Source: a virus. From it: a stretch of DNA of 64,000 nucleotides. Numbering within the stretch: position 1 is the stretch's first letter; every line of letters begins with the position of its first letter. The translations under genes were made by a program, and so were the position numbers. The notes beneath the pieces were generated by a model. That model searched no databases. It worked only from the letters and a program-made list of their open reading frames with translations, and had not been told where the DNA came from. The stretch lies in IMG/VR virus record IMGVR_UViG_3300021256_000006, positions 1 to 64,000 of that record, one strand, 5' to 3'. Below, in pieces: positions 9,000 to 18,720 of this stretch.

Positions 9000-9146
9000 T
9001 CGCAGGAAGTTGGCAAGACTGTTCTTGCAATATTGAGCCTTGATTGTTCTACATGTCCCATTTGGCTCCGCATTAAATGGTATCAATTTCTTCATACAAA
9101 AAGTTATCAGTTTTTCTGTTTCCCGGTCGTGATTGAATCGTCACCG

Positions 9147-9941
9147 CTATATCCCCCCCCCTCGTGGCTTAAAGTCAAAACCATTGCCTTTTTCTTTCTC
9201 TTTCTTGCAACTCTTGAATAGTCCTTGCAACCGTTCCGCTGTGAGATAATACTTCTCGTCAACATTCTCTTCCACCATATCTATCAATCGCTTCTCTAAC
9301 TTGAACGGTTTTGGGAAGTGATAACGCACATTCCCCGCCAAACCCTCCAGTCCGTCCATACGGATGCTTACCAAAAAGATGCGAGGTCGGTGTTGTGGCA
9401 CACCGTAATCCATGCTGTTCAGAATCCTGGCAAAGTTCACATAGCCCAACCGCTCCAATTCCCTCTGCCACAAATTGAACATCCCGACAAACTTCTTCTG
9501 CACCATTGCAGCCACATTCTCCAAACACAAATATTTCGGCCGCTTCGCCATCACCGCATCTCTCACATTCCAAATGATGGAACTTCTAGTTCCGCTTCCT
9601 TCGGCAAAGCCGTGCTGCAAGCCAGCGGCTGAAATTGACTGACACGGTGTTGAGTAAAACAGAAGGTCACAGTCGGGAAATTTCTCCCAATCTATCTTGG
9701 TCATGTCACCCCAATTCCTGTCTGCCCACTGGGGAAACAAGGCATTGTGCGCCCGTACTGCCGGCTGTCGTTCCAACGGCGACTTGCTCTCAGGGTCAAA
9801 CTCACTCCAGGCCACTAACTCGTAGTCAAAGTCAGGATAGAATTTCTTCAATCGCTCTAATGCAAGGCATTGGCTATCATAGCCACTGCAAAGCGTTGCT
9901 ACCCGTAAAGGGTTTGCTTTGGTGTATAAAATCTTTCCCAT
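9147..9941 (-). CDS. C5-cytosine DNA methyltransferase, N-terminal catalytic part (motifs I-VIII)
   Basis: Motif I ATLCSGYDS, motif IV STPCQSIS, motif VI CLENVAAMV, motif VIII VPQHRPRIFLVS. ATG at 9941 is preferred; the track start at 10067 adds 42 aa. Confidence 0.8.
   Translation of the reverse strand: MGKILYTKANPLRVATLCSGYDSQCLALERLKKFYPDFDYELVAWSEFDPESKSPLERQPAVRAHNALFPQWADRNWGDMTKIDWEKFPDCDLLFYSTPCQSISAAGLQHGFAEGSGTRSSIIWNVRDAVMAKRPKYLCLENVAAMVQKKFVGMFNLWQRELERLGYVNFARILNSMDYGVPQHRPRIFLVSIRMDGLEGLAGNVRYHFPKPFKLEKRLIDMVEENVDEKYYLTAERLQGLFKSCKKEKEKGNGFDFKPRGGGI
9153..9161 (-). repeat. G9 homopolymer on GGG codons
   Basis: Counted directly. The N-terminal MTase half ends KPRGGGI-TAG. A G10 tract would continue as GGGDIAVTIQSRPGNRK... 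Confidence 0.95.
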
Positions 9942-10076
9942 GTTGTAGTATTGTTGCAACCAGCGGTTTGTGTTTACGCTGGCTTGATTGTTGTCTTGTA
10001 TAAAAGCGGGTACGCTCGGCAAGAAGGGAACAACTCTTTGCCGCATGGCGCGGCTTGCCTCACGCACCCGCTTCTT

Positions 10077-13000
10077 TTACTGGTCTGTCTCTCCGCAGCT
10101 CCACACTTCTTCTTTGCTTTGAGGTACGTCTTCTATCTTGTAAAAGTAATAACAACGCTCATCGGCTTTCTTCTCTCTCGGTCTGCCGGGGTCGTAGCCT
10201 ATCAAATTCTCACTATATCTGTCATCGAGAGGACTTACCCAAGCCTTGCGGCTTACAACTTTCTCTACTCTCCAACGCTGCTCGTCTTTGAACAGGCTTT
10301 CTGGATTGACAACAACTCGCTTTTCGTATGGAAGGTTCTCGCAATAACTGTTCAAACTCTTGCCAAATTTGGTTACATTCTGGGCGGTCAGTGCTTCTCG
10401 ACGGATGCCGACTACATGGTCAAGCTCTATTCCTTCGTTTTTCTGCAATTTGTATAGCTCGAACTGCAAAACCATTTCTTTCCTGGAGATAGGACGCTTG
10501 AAATGACGCTCGTCTCTGAAGAACTCTTGCAGGAAAAGAATCATGTCTGTGTCGTGAATCAGGTCGGCAAGACGCTCCTGCTGTTTCTTTGAGTCCGGAT
10601 CTACACGCACAATCACATGCTCGAAGTGGTCACGGTTCTCACGAATGTAGAGCTGGCAGCATTTCATGAGCCACCACATCGTTTCCTGACGTTCTTCGTC
10701 GGTCATTTCTTCTATGATGTTCCGACCGAACTTTATCATGGGGTTATAGGCTCCATACTGACCACGCTCGTCTTCTGCATGGTAATAGTCGGAGTGAGGC
10801 TGCAACCAAATTCGCTCATACTGGGAAGCACTGCTCAGGTCAAATACTTTGGGGTTGTTGGTGCTCATCATGATTTTGGGCACCCACTGACCTTGTATCT
10901 GAATGGCATCGTGGTAAAGCCTACGCTTGCTAATCATGTTGCCGGAGTTGAACAGCACTTCAACGTCTAACTGGGTCTTTAAGTCGTCAAGGTATAGATA
11001 GGAGTGTTCTGTCAACTCGTAGTTCGAGAAGTTCTCGGCAAACTTGTCTGGCTTGGTGTTGATGTTCTTTCCTCCTATCATCAATCCTTTTCGTACTAAT
11101 GGCAGCAACTGAGCGCCTACAAAGGATTTCATGTTTCGGCCTTGGGCTTTCCCGGATTGGTCGTTGTAGTCGGTGCTGACAACGGCATAGATACGGGTGG
11201 GGTCTCTGAAGGGATGAAGCATATAACCAATGCTAAGACACTTGCTGATAAAGTACATGTCTTGACGCTGCTTTTCTTCATCTGTCAACTCAAGACCTGC
11301 TTTTTCTTTTTTCCAATAGATGCGCCCTGCATCATAGACTACCTGAAAGGCTGGCGGCATGTCGTTCATCTTCTTGCCTTCTTTGAATACTAACTTGTAG
11401 CGCCACAGCCTTTCTAACTTTGACACGCGCTCGTTTTCTATGTGCATGGCTTGCTCGCTCATCATGCCCTTCTCTTTAAGGGATTTGAGGCGCTGCTCTT
11501 TGGTCTTGGAGAGTTTTTTGAGAACTTCTGTATTGTACTCTATATCAAAAAACTCAATGCCTTGATAGTCGAAGTCGCTGTTGATGATGGCTTTCTTGTT
11601 GACAAAGAACGGCAACTTTTCATAACTTTCCTTGGTCATGCCGTCGGCAGTCACTTTTACTGCGCAGTTCCTGAAAAAGAAGTAGCAGTATTCTTTCCCC
11701 CACGCAATGAATGAGGTGTCGCGGGTGGACAACGCAAACATGGTGTCGGGGATTAAACGACGGGATGTGATGATGGCGTTCTTTAGGCTCTGATTGTTGT
11801 AGTACCAGTTCTGGGACAGGAATAGGAGCATGTCTTGTTTTAGGCTGCTCACAATTTCCTTGTCTTCTATCATGGAAGAAATGTTGTCTTGCACATGGAA
11901 ATAGAAGTGACCTAACTGACCGTCTTCTCCGTAGAGTTTGGGCTGATAGAAGAAGAAGCCTCGGGCTTGAGCGTATTGGGCTACTCCATCTACTAACATT
12001 TCATACTTTGGCTCATATTCACGAGCACCGCCTACGTTGCGACGACCACCAATGACTTTCCAAAACTGCATGGGGATGGCATTGCTTAACAGACCTTCAA
12101 AAGCATAACGACGACTCGTGCCGTCGGGCAACGGATAGTAACACAAATACTCGCTTAAATCTTTGCACGGCTTTCTTGTTCTCTGATTCCGTATGCCGGA
12201 TAGGTCACTCGGCAAATAGACAACTTTGACGTCGAGATACTGCAGGGCTATCCTGTTCATGCCAGCTATACCCGTGCGGTCTATGTCATAACAAATGTAT
12301 ATCTCTTTGGCAATATGACGCAGCCTTGACATCATGTCTGCGCTAATCATTACCTGCTCGTTCATGGGCCAGCACACATGGGCACTGCCATGATACCAGG
12401 CATTGATGCCATCTTTGGGACCTGAACAGATGAGCAGTCGCTCAAACTTCCAGACCTTTTCTGCATCTTCTTCGTGCTGAGAACCTTCTTCGCTAACATC
12501 AACTTTCACCAAGGGGTGCAACGTCATTCCTTTGGATAAACGTTCTGCATCAGTAAGGCATGAACCTTTCTTGCCGTGACGGTCTATGCGATGAACTTCA
12601 CCGCTTCTCCATGCTGACATGAACTCGGCATCTCCCCACAGGTCTCCTTTTAACTCGTAGTCGTTGCCGGACTTGCCGTAGTAGTAAAACTTGCTCCTTC
12701 CTTTTTCTTTTTTGTCGGCTGTGCGTAACAAAAGAGGCTCATATAATTTCCAAAATCCTCTCCCTGCAGGGTCTGTGTAATCAAATGCAAGGATAGGATA
12801 CCAGTCTGTGCTTTTGACCTCCCAACTCTTGGAACCTTCCGCATCGGGCTCTTTGCAAGGCAAGACCATCTTTTCGACGTTCTGGATGCTGAAGTCGCTG
12901 GAAAGGAAACGCGGCTCAAATCCGTCACCCCAATTGCAGCGCACACCTCTCACTTCTCCATCGGACTCTCTAACTGACACGCTGCGGGTGCAACCTAATG

Positions 13001-13484
13001 CTTCACAGGACACCCAGGTCATTTCTTTGCCAGTCAATGTGAAGCATTCTTGTGGCTCTACCTTTTTGGCACGATGCAGAAATCCGTTGGGATAGTCTTC
13101 CTCGGTCTCTCCGTTTTTGCCATTGTCATACTCAATGGAAATGTTGAATTTCTTCGACAGCTCTTTACCTATATATATAAAGTCCTCACGATGGTCTTTG
13201 CCACTAAGAGCTGCCTCTAATGTGATAGCACCAGCACCGGACTTGCCACATCCAAAGCAGTGCCACTCTTCTCGCTCTCCTACATTCTTCTTCAGGTGAA
13301 TGTGGAAACTTGGAGTCGTTTCGCTGTGGAATGGACATAGGTAAATCCAGCCCGTCCCGTCTTTTTTGACAGGATGATAACCGCTTCTCTCCATCACTTC
13401 CTTTAACGGAAGCGCATCGAGCACGTCTTTGGTGTTCTTGCTGATATGTTTCGCCATGTGTATATAGGTGACAACATCTGCCAC
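10077..13484 (-). CDS. DNA primase / helicase-like replication protein
   Basis: CHC2 zinc finger CPFHSETTPSFHI..WHCFGCGKSG. TOPRIM-like YICYDIDRTG. Large C-terminal D5/VirE-like region. 1135 aa. Confidence 0.75.
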   Translation of the reverse strand: MADVVTYIHMAKHISKNTKDVLDALPLKEVMERSGYHPVKKDGTGWIYLCPFHSETTPSFHIHLKKNVGEREEWHCFGCGKSGAGAITLEAALSGKDHREDFIYIGKELSKKFNISIEYDNGKNGETEEDYPNGFLHRAKKVEPQECFTLTGKEMTWVSCEALGCTRSVSVRESDGEVRGVRCNWGDGFEPRFLSSDFSIQNVEKMVLPCKEPDAEGSKSWEVKSTDWYPILAFDYTDPAGRGFWKLYEPLLLRTADKKEKGRSKFYYYGKSGNDYELKGDLWGDAEFMSAWRSGEVHRIDRHGKKGSCLTDAERLSKGMTLHPLVKVDVSEEGSQHEEDAEKVWKFERLLICSGPKDGINAWYHGSAHVCWPMNEQVMISADMMSRLRHIAKEIYICYDIDRTGIAGMNRIALQYLDVKVVYLPSDLSGIRNQRTRKPCKDLSEYLCYYPLPDGTSRRYAFEGLLSNAIPMQFWKVIGGRRNVGGAREYEPKYEMLVDGVAQYAQARGFFFYQPKLYGEDGQLGHFYFHVQDNISSMIEDKEIVSSLKQDMLLFLSQNWYYNNQSLKNAIITSRRLIPDTMFALSTRDTSFIAWGKEYCYFFFRNCAVKVTADGMTKESYEKLPFFVNKKAIINSDFDYQGIEFFDIEYNTEVLKKLSKTKEQRLKSLKEKGMMSEQAMHIENERVSKLERLWRYKLVFKEGKKMNDMPPAFQVVYDAGRIYWKKEKAGLELTDEEKQRQDMYFISKCLSIGYMLHPFRDPTRIYAVVSTDYNDQSGKAQGRNMKSFVGAQLLPLVRKGLMIGGKNINTKPDKFAENFSNYELTEHSYLYLDDLKTQLDVEVLFNSGNMISKRRLYHDAIQIQGQWVPKIMMSTNNPKVFDLSSASQYERIWLQPHSDYYHAEDERGQYGAYNPMIKFGRNIIEEMTDEERQETMWWLMKCCQLYIRENRDHFEHVIVRVDPDSKKQQERLADLIHDTDMILFLQEFFRDERHFKRPISRKEMVLQFELYKLQKNEGIELDHVVGIRREALTAQNVTKFGKSLNSYCENLPYEKRVVVNPESLFKDEQRWRVEKVVSRKAWVSPLDDRYSENLIGYDPGRPREKKADERCYYFYKIEDVPQSKEEVWSCGETDQ

Positions 13485-14280
13485 CGAGTTGTTCCGGATG
13501 CAAATATGGTAATTGTTTTCTGTTTCGCAATCGCTTTAGTACACAAATCAGTAGTATTTTTTCATATTTTAACATTACGAGGTGTTATTTGGGTCCTGCG
13601 GACTTCTCTTTTTTGGGGCAGGGTGACAAAAAGGCCTGATGGAGCATCTGCAGAAAAAGGGGGAAAAGGGGTAGGGGATGGTGTTCCCGCGCGGAAACGC
13701 GCCGCAACGCGCCACTTACTGCGAACGTAATTTATTGAATATCAATATACCGCACCGTTTTGCGCGAAAAACACGAAAATTAAATAATCTAATTAAAAAA
13801 TAAATTGCAAAATAATCTGCCAACTGGTGCGTGATGTGAGGGATCCTGGTTGCAACGTGTTCCCTGTCTCTGTGTGCCGTTCTGTAAGCACTTGAATTTC
13901 AATTTAATCGTGCCAACATGACTAACTTCTCCTTAAATCTCTTATTACAGAAAAACTAAAAAAACGCAGAAAGAAAGTATTGTGTTTTTAGTATAATATA
14001 GTGCGGAAACGAAAAATAAAAAAACAGTAATAATGTAAAATATTGATTTACAAAGATAAAATGTGTGGGAGTTTTACGCGAGAGGGAGTGCGGAAAGGGT
14101 GCGGTGGGTATCGCAGTGCGTGCGGAAGTCTTTGCTGTGAATGTGTGATAATGACGTGAAGGGCTGTTGCTGTTTTTAAGGGCACGGCATCACTTTTTTA
14201 CAGGGAAGCGAACGGGAAAACAATTTATTTTACTATATTTGCACCTGAAATACGGAGTTTTTCTGTAAGTCTTTAACATT
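13485..14280. promoter_or_regulatory. divergent intergenic control region
   Basis: 796 nt without an ORF between leftward and rightward gene blocks. Contains AT-rich tracts, four or more GTGCGGAA-like boxes (about 13993-14130) and a TAtaTTTG box at 14234-14241. Confidence 0.55.
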
Positions 14281-14295
14281 TTGACCAATAGGCAA

Positions 14296-14877
14296 ATGAC
14301 AGCAACTTTCTTTAACCACAATCAAATTATTGGCATACGTCTGATTCCAGCTGACGCGCTGAAATGGCGTATCGGGGATATGTTTGTGCCTTATCCGCAA
14401 GTGTTCCACCTACAAAGCATCAAGGTGAAGAAGATGCTGACGATTGCGTTTGCCGATGGCGGCATCTTCAAATCTTTGTCTGATGGACACACAATCCAAC
14501 TCGATGAAAATGAAGTACCGATTTGCGATGCTGTCATAACCGAAGAACCTATTCCGCTTATTTTTGACCCGGAGGATGTATCTTTCAAATCGTCCGGAGA
14601 GAAGAAGGAGTCTGGAGTATTGTACAAGAATGAGTTAGGCTATTCTCTTCCTAAAATGGATGAGGACGAATTTGAAGACGTACAGGAACAACTTTCTTTA
14701 ATCAAGTCTGGGAAAGGTTTCCACCTGCTCATCCAACTGGCAAGCTGCGAAAAGGCTTACACGATTGTCACCTGTCCTACAAATAACGCATTTTCTGCAA
14801 TGGCTGAGGATAACATAAGCGATAACAATGTTGCCATAACAATACAGAATTTGACAGCACACCAATTTTTAAGATAA
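14296..14877 (+). CDS. hypothetical protein
   Basis: First ATG of the 198-aa track ORF (TTG at 14281). It lies downstream of the -7 box at 14234-14241. Confidence 0.55.
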   Translation: MTATFFNHNQIIGIRLIPADALKWRIGDMFVPYPQVFHLQSIKVKKMLTIAFADGGIFKSLSDGHTIQLDENEVPICDAVITEEPIPLIFDPEDVSFKSSGEKKESGVLYKNELGYSLPKMDEDEFEDVQEQLSLIKSGKGFHLLIQLASCEKAYTIVTCPTNNAFSAMAEDNISDNNVAITIQNLTAHQFLR

Positions 14878-14979
14878 ATAGAGTTATATTTTTTGAATGT
14901 TTTTTGGGGCTACCGCTTGTGAAAGTCGTAGCCTTTTTTGTGCGTTCAAAGTGTTAAAACGCACGCATGAATAATAATG

Positions 14980-14987
14980 TATATTTG
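14980..14987 (+). promoter_or_regulatory. Bacteroidota -7 box TAtaTTTG
   Basis: 22 nt upstream of the ATG at 15010. It overlaps the track start at 14977, which argues against that start. Confidence 0.5.
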
Positions 14988-15009
14988 CCACAACATAACT
15001 CAACGGCAA

Positions 15010-15993
15010 ATGAACTCATCTTATTCTTTTCTTCGAGAAGTGCTGACAACGCTGGCCTGGAATATAGAGTATTCGGCCGGCTCTTCGCTCGCTCGACAAT
15101 TACGAAGCAATTTATTGGCTCACGCTCCTTTGAATGAAGAGCGAACGATTGATAAGACCACATCAAGAATGGAAATCCTTGTCTGCAAGGCTTCTTCGAG
15201 ACGGGATTTTGAACGCCAGCACGCTGCACAAATGATTGCAAATCCAATGTATAAGGAAAGGGCGCAATTGTTTGAATCTAAAGTAATGGTCGGAAATGCA
15301 CGGTCTTTGGATTGGTGGGACGAGCTGGACGAAGATGACCAGGTGATTAACCTGCTCCATGTGGAGGGCCCAATCACACGCAACGGCGGAGCATGCTCTT
15401 ATGGCTCTAAAGATATTCGTGACCAAATGCTTTATGTGGCAGGGATGCCTAACTGCCTCGGTCACATCATCGTAATGGATTCTCCCGGCGGCTCTGCATA
15501 TTCTTCTAATGATTTTGAACAGGCTACAGATGCTGCTCGTAATGCGAAGCAACCTTCTGTTGGCTTGATTGACGGAATGTGCTGCTCGGCTTGCTTTGAC
15601 CTTTCTTCCATGCTGGATGAAGTGTATTACACTCACCCAAAGGACATGATAGGAAGCATAGGCACTTACATGAATGTTTTCACACTGAAGAATGGCGACC
15701 AAAACACGGTCACACAAGAAGTATTCCGTGAGGTCTATGCGGATGTGAGTGAGGATAAGAACCTCATCTTCCGTATGCTCGCCGATGGAGACGAGACTGG
15801 TGTGAAGGAGTGGGTCAATAAATTTGCGCAGGAGTTCCGCGACCGAGTGAAGGCGCGTCTTCCAAATACTCCGGATGAATGGCTGAAAGGAAAGACTTTT
15901 GGCGCTGCGGAAACAGTGGGCATTTGGACGATGGGACAGTCCGACCTCAACGGATGCATTGAACGGATCTTGCAACTGAACTCGCAAAGATAA
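15010..15993 (+). CDS. S49 (SppA/ClpP-fold) head maturation protease
   Basis: VMDSPGGS, GMCCSACF and IGSIGTY motifs. Positioned before the scaffold and capsid genes. Confidence 0.75.
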   Translation: MNSSYSFLREVLTTLAWNIEYSAGSSLARQLRSNLLAHAPLNEERTIDKTTSRMEILVCKASSRRDFERQHAAQMIANPMYKERAQLFESKVMVGNARSLDWWDELDEDDQVINLLHVEGPITRNGGACSYGSKDIRDQMLYVAGMPNCLGHIIVMDSPGGSAYSSNDFEQATDAARNAKQPSVGLIDGMCCSACFDLSSMLDEVYYTHPKDMIGSIGTYMNVFTLKNGDQNTVTQEVFREVYADVSEDKNLIFRMLADGDETGVKEWVNKFAQEFRDRVKARLPNTPDEWLKGKTFGAAETVGIWTMGQSDLNGCIERILQLNSQR

Positions 15994-16048
15994 TCTTGGT
16001 TTTGGCTTTTGCCACTACCGCAATAATTCAAACTTAAATACAAACACA

Positions 16049-16648
16049 ATGGCAAAGACTTACAAAAACATTCAGGCGTTTCTTGGTCTTGAATCGCTTG
16101 AGGTTCCAACGGACAAAAGCGTATGGCTTGCAGAGGTACTAGCAGACACGCTTGATGCGCGTATCGGGCAAGCAATCAGCAAGGAGGAAACGCTGGGCGT
16201 CAAGATGGAGGAGATTGTTAAACTTAACTCAACCATCAAGGAATTGCGCGAAACACTCGCACAGAAGGACGCTGCTCTTGAAGAGAAGGAAACTTCTATC
16301 AATGAACTGAATGAGCAGATTGGCCAGCTCAACGAGCAGGTGAACACGCTCAACTCTAATGCGGAAGAAAGCACAAATGCTGTAACCGAAAAGGAGAATC
16401 AGATTGCACAGCTGAACGAAGAGGTGACCAACCTCAAGCAAACCATCACGGAAAAGGAGGCTGAAATTGCCAAACTCGCTGGCAAAGCTCCGGAGGTTCC
16501 CGCCTCTAACGTAAAGGGTGGTGAGGGAGCATCTGAAGAAAAAGATGAATCTTTGAGCCCTCACAACGTGACTCATGCTGGCATGACTCTGAAAGAGGAG
16601 ACTGAGGCTATCAAGGCTCGTATCGCTGCTCTGAACGGACAGTCATAA
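16049..16648 (+). CDS. putative scaffolding protein
   Basis: 199-aa protein, E/K/Q-rich with heptad-like coiled-coil character. Lies between the protease and the capsid gene. Confidence 0.5.
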   Translation: MAKTYKNIQAFLGLESLEVPTDKSVWLAEVLADTLDARIGQAISKEETLGVKMEEIVKLNSTIKELRETLAQKDAALEEKETSINELNEQIGQLNEQVNTLNSNAEESTNAVTEKENQIAQLNEEVTNLKQTITEKEAEIAKLAGKAPEVPASNVKGGEGASEEKDESLSPHNVTHAGMTLKEETEAIKARIAALNGQS

Positions 16649-16707
16649 AGCAGCTGTCACCTTATAAGAATAACCACAACACAAACCACAAAAAACAAAA
16701 CAACCTT

Positions 16708-17946
16708 ATGGCAACAAAACAAGCAATTGACCTCTCGAATGTGAAGAGCGTCAAAAACGACATCCACCGTGACCTTATCGTCACTATCTCTGGCGCCACC
16801 AATGAGGCTCTTCAGCGATTGAAGGTGAACATCCTTCGTGGTGTGGAGAACCGCGATTCTGTCTTTGTTTACAAAGGCAATCAGCACATTGCTTCACAGT
16901 ATCAGGCTGGCAAGACTCCACGAGGCAAACTCGGCAAGGCTTACGAGCGCGAACTGGTAGTGAAGAACGCCATCACTTACGTTCCTGACAACGTGCAGAA
17001 CTACAGAAGCTCTGAACCGGAGTCTATGCTGGGCGTTTCTTCTGAAGGCGTGAAAAATTCTGCCATCATCCAGCGCCGACTCCTTTTCCAGGCTGTGCAG
17101 TTCGGCAATCAGGTGGTAAAGAACTTCTTCCATGGTGATTACTCTAAGGGCGCTGGCAACCCTTATGGCTTGTACGACGGTCTGCTGGTGAAGATTGAGG
17201 AGGATAAGACTAACGGTCTCATCAGCGAGGCTGCTGGCAACCTCGTCAACATCGGCGCTATCGACCTCTCTGACCCTGTTGCTTGCTATGACAAGTACAT
17301 TGCCTTCGTGAAGAAGCTCCACAGCGACCTCCGACAGAATGTGATTGTGTACACAACCGAGGAACTGGAAAGCGCTATCATCCGTGGCTATGCGCTGAAG
17401 TTTAACAACCTGCAGCAAGAGGTGTCTGCACAGAGCACGTTCCGCTCGTTCGAGGCTCGCAACGCTGAACTGATTTCTACTACGCTCCTTGGCACGGGTA
17501 CTGGTTTCATCGCTACTATGCCTGGCAACATCGACTATGCAACAGACCTCACCGGAGCTGAAGAGGCAAGTGATGCTTACCTTGGCGTGTTTGAGGATAG
17601 CGAAGACCCTCTCAACAGCATTCTCCTCGGCATGCAGTGTGCATCAGGAACGCGCCTTGTCAACTTCAATCCACAGGCTTTCGCTATCAGCAAGGACTAC
17701 AGCTTCACTCCTGAGGATATCGACGACCAGGAACTTGATTTCGTTGATGAAAACAAGGTGGCAGAACTGGAAGCACTCCTGAAGGACTTGATTCACTATA
17801 CCGCTGTGGACAAGACTGGTGAAGGGTACTCCTTGAAGAATCCTGCTAATGAGGGCTGGTATGAAAAGGAGGGCGACAACTACGTTCTCTCTGAGGATAC
17901 AACGGTTGACGATAACAAGACTTACTACACTCGCAGCGTAGGCTAA
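16708..17946 (+). CDS. putative major capsid protein
   Basis: 412-aa ORF directly after the protease and scaffold, followed by a strong hairpin. The call rests on position and size. Confidence 0.6.
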   Translation: MATKQAIDLSNVKSVKNDIHRDLIVTISGATNEALQRLKVNILRGVENRDSVFVYKGNQHIASQYQAGKTPRGKLGKAYERELVVKNAITYVPDNVQNYRSSEPESMLGVSSEGVKNSAIIQRRLLFQAVQFGNQVVKNFFHGDYSKGAGNPYGLYDGLLVKIEEDKTNGLISEAAGNLVNIGAIDLSDPVACYDKYIAFVKKLHSDLRQNVIVYTTEELESAIIRGYALKFNNLQQEVSAQSTFRSFEARNAELISTTLLGTGTGFIATMPGNIDYATDLTGAEEASDAYLGVFEDSEDPLNSILLGMQCASGTRLVNFNPQAFAISKDYSFTPEDIDDQELDFVDENKVAELEALLKDLIHYTAVDKTGEGYSLKNPANEGWYEKEGDNYVLSEDTTVDDNKTYYTRSVG

Positions 17947-17963
17947 TCTTGGGCTGATTGATT

Positions 17964-17997
17964 GTGCCGGGGAAACTGGCTTCGGTTCCCCCGGCAC
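17964..17997. terminator. GC-rich hairpin after capsid gene
   Basis: GTGCCGGGGAA..TTCCCCCGGCAC with one bulge. No clear U-run follows. Confidence 0.4.
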
Positions 17998-18038
17998 AAA
18001 ATAAAAAGAATGTCAAACAACACATACACAAATAGAAT

Positions 18039-18650
18039 ATGGCTAACATAACAGCAGCAAACGGCAATACGTATTCATGCGACCCTATCGACATCATCGT
18101 GGATGCTATGTGCCAAACTGAGCTTGCCGGAAACGGCGACCAGGTTTACTATTTTGACCGCTCTTTGGTCAAGGACTTGAACATTGACGAAAAGGGTAAC
18201 TTGAATGCTGACGAGTTCGTCGCAGCAGTGCGAGGAAAGGTCTATCAGCTGGATATGCACTCTGACACCGTACAGGGTACAGCAACCGTAGAGGACGACC
18301 AGACTGCAGGTCAGTCGCAGTTGACCGCTCGCGCCGATAAGGGAGAACAGGACTTCCGCCAGTTCGACCGCACCGCACGCTATGCTGACTATGCTTATAT
18401 GGCTGTCAGCACAACTGGCTTCCTCCGTCTCTACTACGGTCAGTTCAAGCGCAATAAGTATGCATCTTCGTATGACACGGGCACTGAATACAACAGCGAC
18501 CACGGTTTCACAATCACGATTACCGCTCCTGCTACGGAGTATGCGTATATCGGTGTGGACTTGTCAACGCAGACGGGCGAAACAAAGGCTACGCTCAGCG
18601 ACCTCCTGGCACGAAACGTTAATGCACCAGTTGTCAACGATGGCAATTAA
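18039..18650 (+). CDS. hypothetical head-module protein
   Basis: 203-aa ORF after the capsid gene. Confidence 0.55.
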   Translation: MANITAANGNTYSCDPIDIIVDAMCQTELAGNGDQVYYFDRSLVKDLNIDEKGNLNADEFVAAVRGKVYQLDMHSDTVQGTATVEDDQTAGQSQLTARADKGEQDFRQFDRTARYADYAYMAVSTTGFLRLYYGQFKRNKYASSYDTGTEYNSDHGFTITITAPATEYAYIGVDLSTQTGETKATLSDLLARNVNAPVVNDGN

Positions 18651-18672
18651 GCAGTTCGTCTTGTTTTAACTT

Positions 18673-18706
18673 TAAGCCCCGTCCCTCGAAAGGGGAACGG
18701 GGCTTC
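18673..18706. terminator. hairpin after head operon
   Basis: AAGCCCCGTCCCT-cgaa-AGGGGAACGGGGCTT. Confidence 0.4.
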
Positions 18707-18720
18707 TTAATTTATCGCAA

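Larger units (their letters stand above)
8176..9146 (-). other. frame-broken block of C5-MTase target-recognition-like modules
   Basis: My three-frame translation finds DIAVTIQS, NGTCRTIKAQYCKNS, NGKIYDPTGIAPCITAGPHGG, KVYGLG..NCIHTLAGGG, VLACAMRGR..ANAVTSVAKD, PHGYFDGGITDICPAITTSSFECNNFII and GNVYGTDGVSPTINTMGG. A 44-aa Cys-rich mini-ORF lies at 8709-8843. Confidence 0.7.

Noticed and set aside
9942-10067. The N-terminal 42-aa extension of the C5-MTase (track start at 10067).
   Set aside because: The extension has no MTase motif and contains a CCAGCG..CGCTGG hairpin typical of intergenic sequence here. ATG 9941 sits just before motif I.
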